32,000 nt of DNA from Geotalea uraniireducens Rf4 (GTDB lineage: Bacteria > Desulfobacterota > Desulfuromonadia > Geobacterales > Geobacteraceae). Location: the NCBI RefSeq assembly GCF_000016745.1, contig NC_009483.1, positions 4,080,001-4,112,000 of the forward strand, written 5' to 3'. Below are positions 30,350 to 32,000 of the stretch, piece after piece. The notes under the pieces are model-generated. The model was not told the origin of the DNA. It saw only the letters and a list, made by a program, of their open reading frames with translations, and ran no database searches. Each line of letters starts with the position of its first letter. Position 1 is the stretch's first letter. A program made the translations under genes and the position numbers.

Positions 30350-31237
30350 TTAGAGGGCCACATCACCGAACACCACCCGCTTCACCCCGGCGAGCGACCC
30401 GAGGGGGGAGCGGAAGGTGATTCCTTCCCGGTCCGCCTCCATGACCAGGCCGAGCCCAAGGGTCTCATCCCCGTGGTTCAGGCCGATGACCGTGCCGGCG
30501 GCCAGTTGTTCGTGCCTCAGGCTCACCCGCTCCCCCAACCGGTAGAGTTCGACCTCGTCCCCGTGGAGGAGCATCTCCGCCGGTGTGGCATTCGCGAAAT
30601 AGGCGGCCAGCCGCTCCCGGCGTATCCGGCTGCGGCTTTCCTTGCTCCTGGTCCGGGCTGCCGGATGGGGGTGGATGCGGCGGATCACCAGCTCGTCGAG
30701 CTGTCCGAGGATCGGCTCGCACTCATCCCGCCGCTGCAGGGCAATGATCTGGTCGGGCAAGGTCACGCGGATCTTGGCGAGCTTGAGGCCGCGCCCCAAT
30801 TCGCCGCTGATCAGGCCGGTTGTGTCGATGAGCACGACCTCTGCCCGGCTGCGGGCCAGCTCCGTCAGCCGCCCGGTCGTCTCCAGCAGCCGGGGGACGA
30901 GCCGGGCCGGATTGGCCGAGCCGAGGAAGGAGAACTGCTCGCAGCGGTAATCGGCCAGGTCGGCCGAAGAGCGAAAGAGCTTAACCCCCACCGTACCCGG
31001 CAGACAGAGGGCCGATTGCCCCACGTCGGTGTCGACAAGGGCAACAGTAAGCCCGGTTGCCGTCAGGCCCGCAACCAGAAAACGGGCCAGGGTCGATTTA
31101 CCGCTGTCGGTGGCGCCTAAAAGAAGGATTACCCCCCGCTCCCGGCGCAGCGTCTCCAGTAAATCCTCCCAGCCGGGGCCGGTTGTGCTCTCCATGCAGA
31201 TTGTCTCCCGCGTCCTGGTCACCAGTGCCTCATTCAA
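30350..31237 (-). CDS. Clp1/Grc3-family polynucleotide 5'-hydroxyl kinase homologue
   Basis: VILLLGATDSGKSTLARFLVAGLTATGLTVALVDTDVGQSALCLPGTVGV closely parallels the Clp1 P-loop, Walker B and clasp region (GPTDxGKST....D.DVGQ....PG). The start is either TTG 31237 or ATG 31195 (MESTTGPGW, gggaga upstream). Confidence 0.75.
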   Translation of the reverse strand: MNEALVTRTRETICMESTTGPGWEDLLETLRRERGVILLLGATDSGKSTLARFLVAGLTATGLTVALVDTDVGQSALCLPGTVGVKLFRSSADLADYRCEQFSFLGSANPARLVPRLLETTGRLTELARSRAEVVLIDTTGLISGELGRGLKLAKIRVTLPDQIIALQRRDECEPILGQLDELVIRRIHPHPAARTRSKESRSRIRRERLAAYFANATPAEMLLHGDEVELYRLGERVSLRHEQLAAGTVIGLNHGDETLGLGLVMEADREGITFRSPLGSLAGVKRVVFGDVAL

Positions 31238-31543
31238 TTGGTAGCGTCACCCTTTGACATACAGGGTAATCTGCCCATACGGCTGGCCCGGCGGGTCCAT
31301 TCACCAGGGTGTCGTATCCCCAATACGATTTTTCACGATATACATACACAGTGAACCATACATTTTAAAGGTTACAATATGCTAACGCTCGTTGATGGCT
31401 AAAATGGATGATGCGACTATAGGGGAAATAATCAGGCAGACAACGGGGGGATTGTCGGCAAACACTCGTGATGTCTCGTGTCAAGGGTTGCCATCTTTTC
31501 TTGTTGCCAGTTTCAGTTTGCGTTTCACTTGTTTCCTAAAAAA

Positions 31544-32000
31544 TCAATTTACTGACACGGACTCTATGAAGTCTTTTAGTTTTCCAACTAATGATTCTCG
31601 TTCTTTGGCAAAAAGTTCTGTCCCGTGAGCATCTCCCGGAAAAAATATTGTTTCTTTTGGCTCAATAAATATTTCATGCATTTTACGTGTATCGTCTGCC
31701 CCATCATCAGATTCAGAATTTATTAGTAATTTTGGTATTCTTATTTTGCACAATTCATCATTATTATAAAAGACGAATCCTTCATAACTGATAGGAGCAG
31801 AAAGAGCGACAACACCAACTATACAGTCGTTATCAATCGATCTTGCTGCGACTTTTATGGATGCAACACCACCTCTGCTCGCACCAATTAGGACGATTCT
31901 CTTTGCCCCTGAAGTCTTAACAAATGAAATCGCATCTTCTAGTGTTCTCGATTGATCATCCATATGCTGAAGATAATCATATGTAAGGATCATATGTTTT
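31544..32000 (-). CDS. Alpha/beta hydrolase (dienelactone-hydrolase-like), 5' end probably beyond the window
   Basis: The nucleophile elbow is LIGASRGG, the acid is SESDDG and the His is PGDAHG. The frame stays open past the listed Met to nt 31999. GC is far lower than in the rest of the window. Confidence 0.6.
   Translation of the reverse strand, partial: KHMILTYDYLQHMDDQSRTLEDAISFVKTSGAKRIVLIGASRGGVASIKVAARSIDNDCIVGVVALSAPISYEGFVFYNNDELCKIRIPKLLINSESDDGADDTRKMHEIFIEPKETIFFPGDAHGTELFAKERESLVGKLKDFIESVSVN

Overview
High-GC bacterial chromosomal window, roughly 58-60% by eye, with AT-rich islands at 427-1173, 7934-8248, 28457-28740 and 31260-32000. Gene content and the intergenic repeat families suggest a Desulfuromonadales/Geobacteraceae-like deltaproteobacterium; this is inference only. 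There are four blocks. (1) nt 1-9540, cell envelope: two tandem paralogous secreted proteins, a PepSY protein and a secreted hypothetical. These are followed by a HlyD/MacA-type adaptor carrying a peptidoglycan-binding domain, translationally coupled (ATGA) to a fused MacB-type ABC ATPase-permease, and then two beta-barrel outer-membrane proteins. (2) nt 9780-12090, gene debris: a sigma-54 enhancer-binding-protein remnant with its receiver domain deleted and its 3' end replaced by a dockerin-like fragment; a MITE-like element; and an ORF made of a signal-peptide N-terminus, an INVERTED cytochrome-c-peroxidase/MauG fragment and DUF5666 repeats. (3) nt 12445-28456, a 15-kb co-directional minus-strand cluster for the methylmalonyl-CoA (propionate) route. 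In transcription order: XRE-cupin regulator, acyl-CoA carboxyltransferase, an unusually long biotin carboxylase-BCCP fusion, sucC, sucD, maeB, pyruvate:ferredoxin oxidoreductase, and split methylmalonyl-CoA mutase (B12 subunit, then catalytic subunit). (4) nt 29113-32000: a PQQ-type sugar dehydrogenase lipoprotein, a bacterial Clp1-family polynucleotide kinase homologue, and a low-GC alpha/beta hydrolase running off the window. Intergenic spaces carry at least five families of GC-rich palindromic repeats. One ~90-nt family occurs as an inverted pair that brackets sucDC plus the carboxylase gene. I saw no rRNA, tRNA, CRISPR, transposase or integrase. I cannot point to one clear-cut new system. 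The best follow-up candidates are the envelope export cluster, the atypical carboxylase pair, the repeat-bracketed segment, the scrambled pseudogene patch and the Clp1-like kinase.
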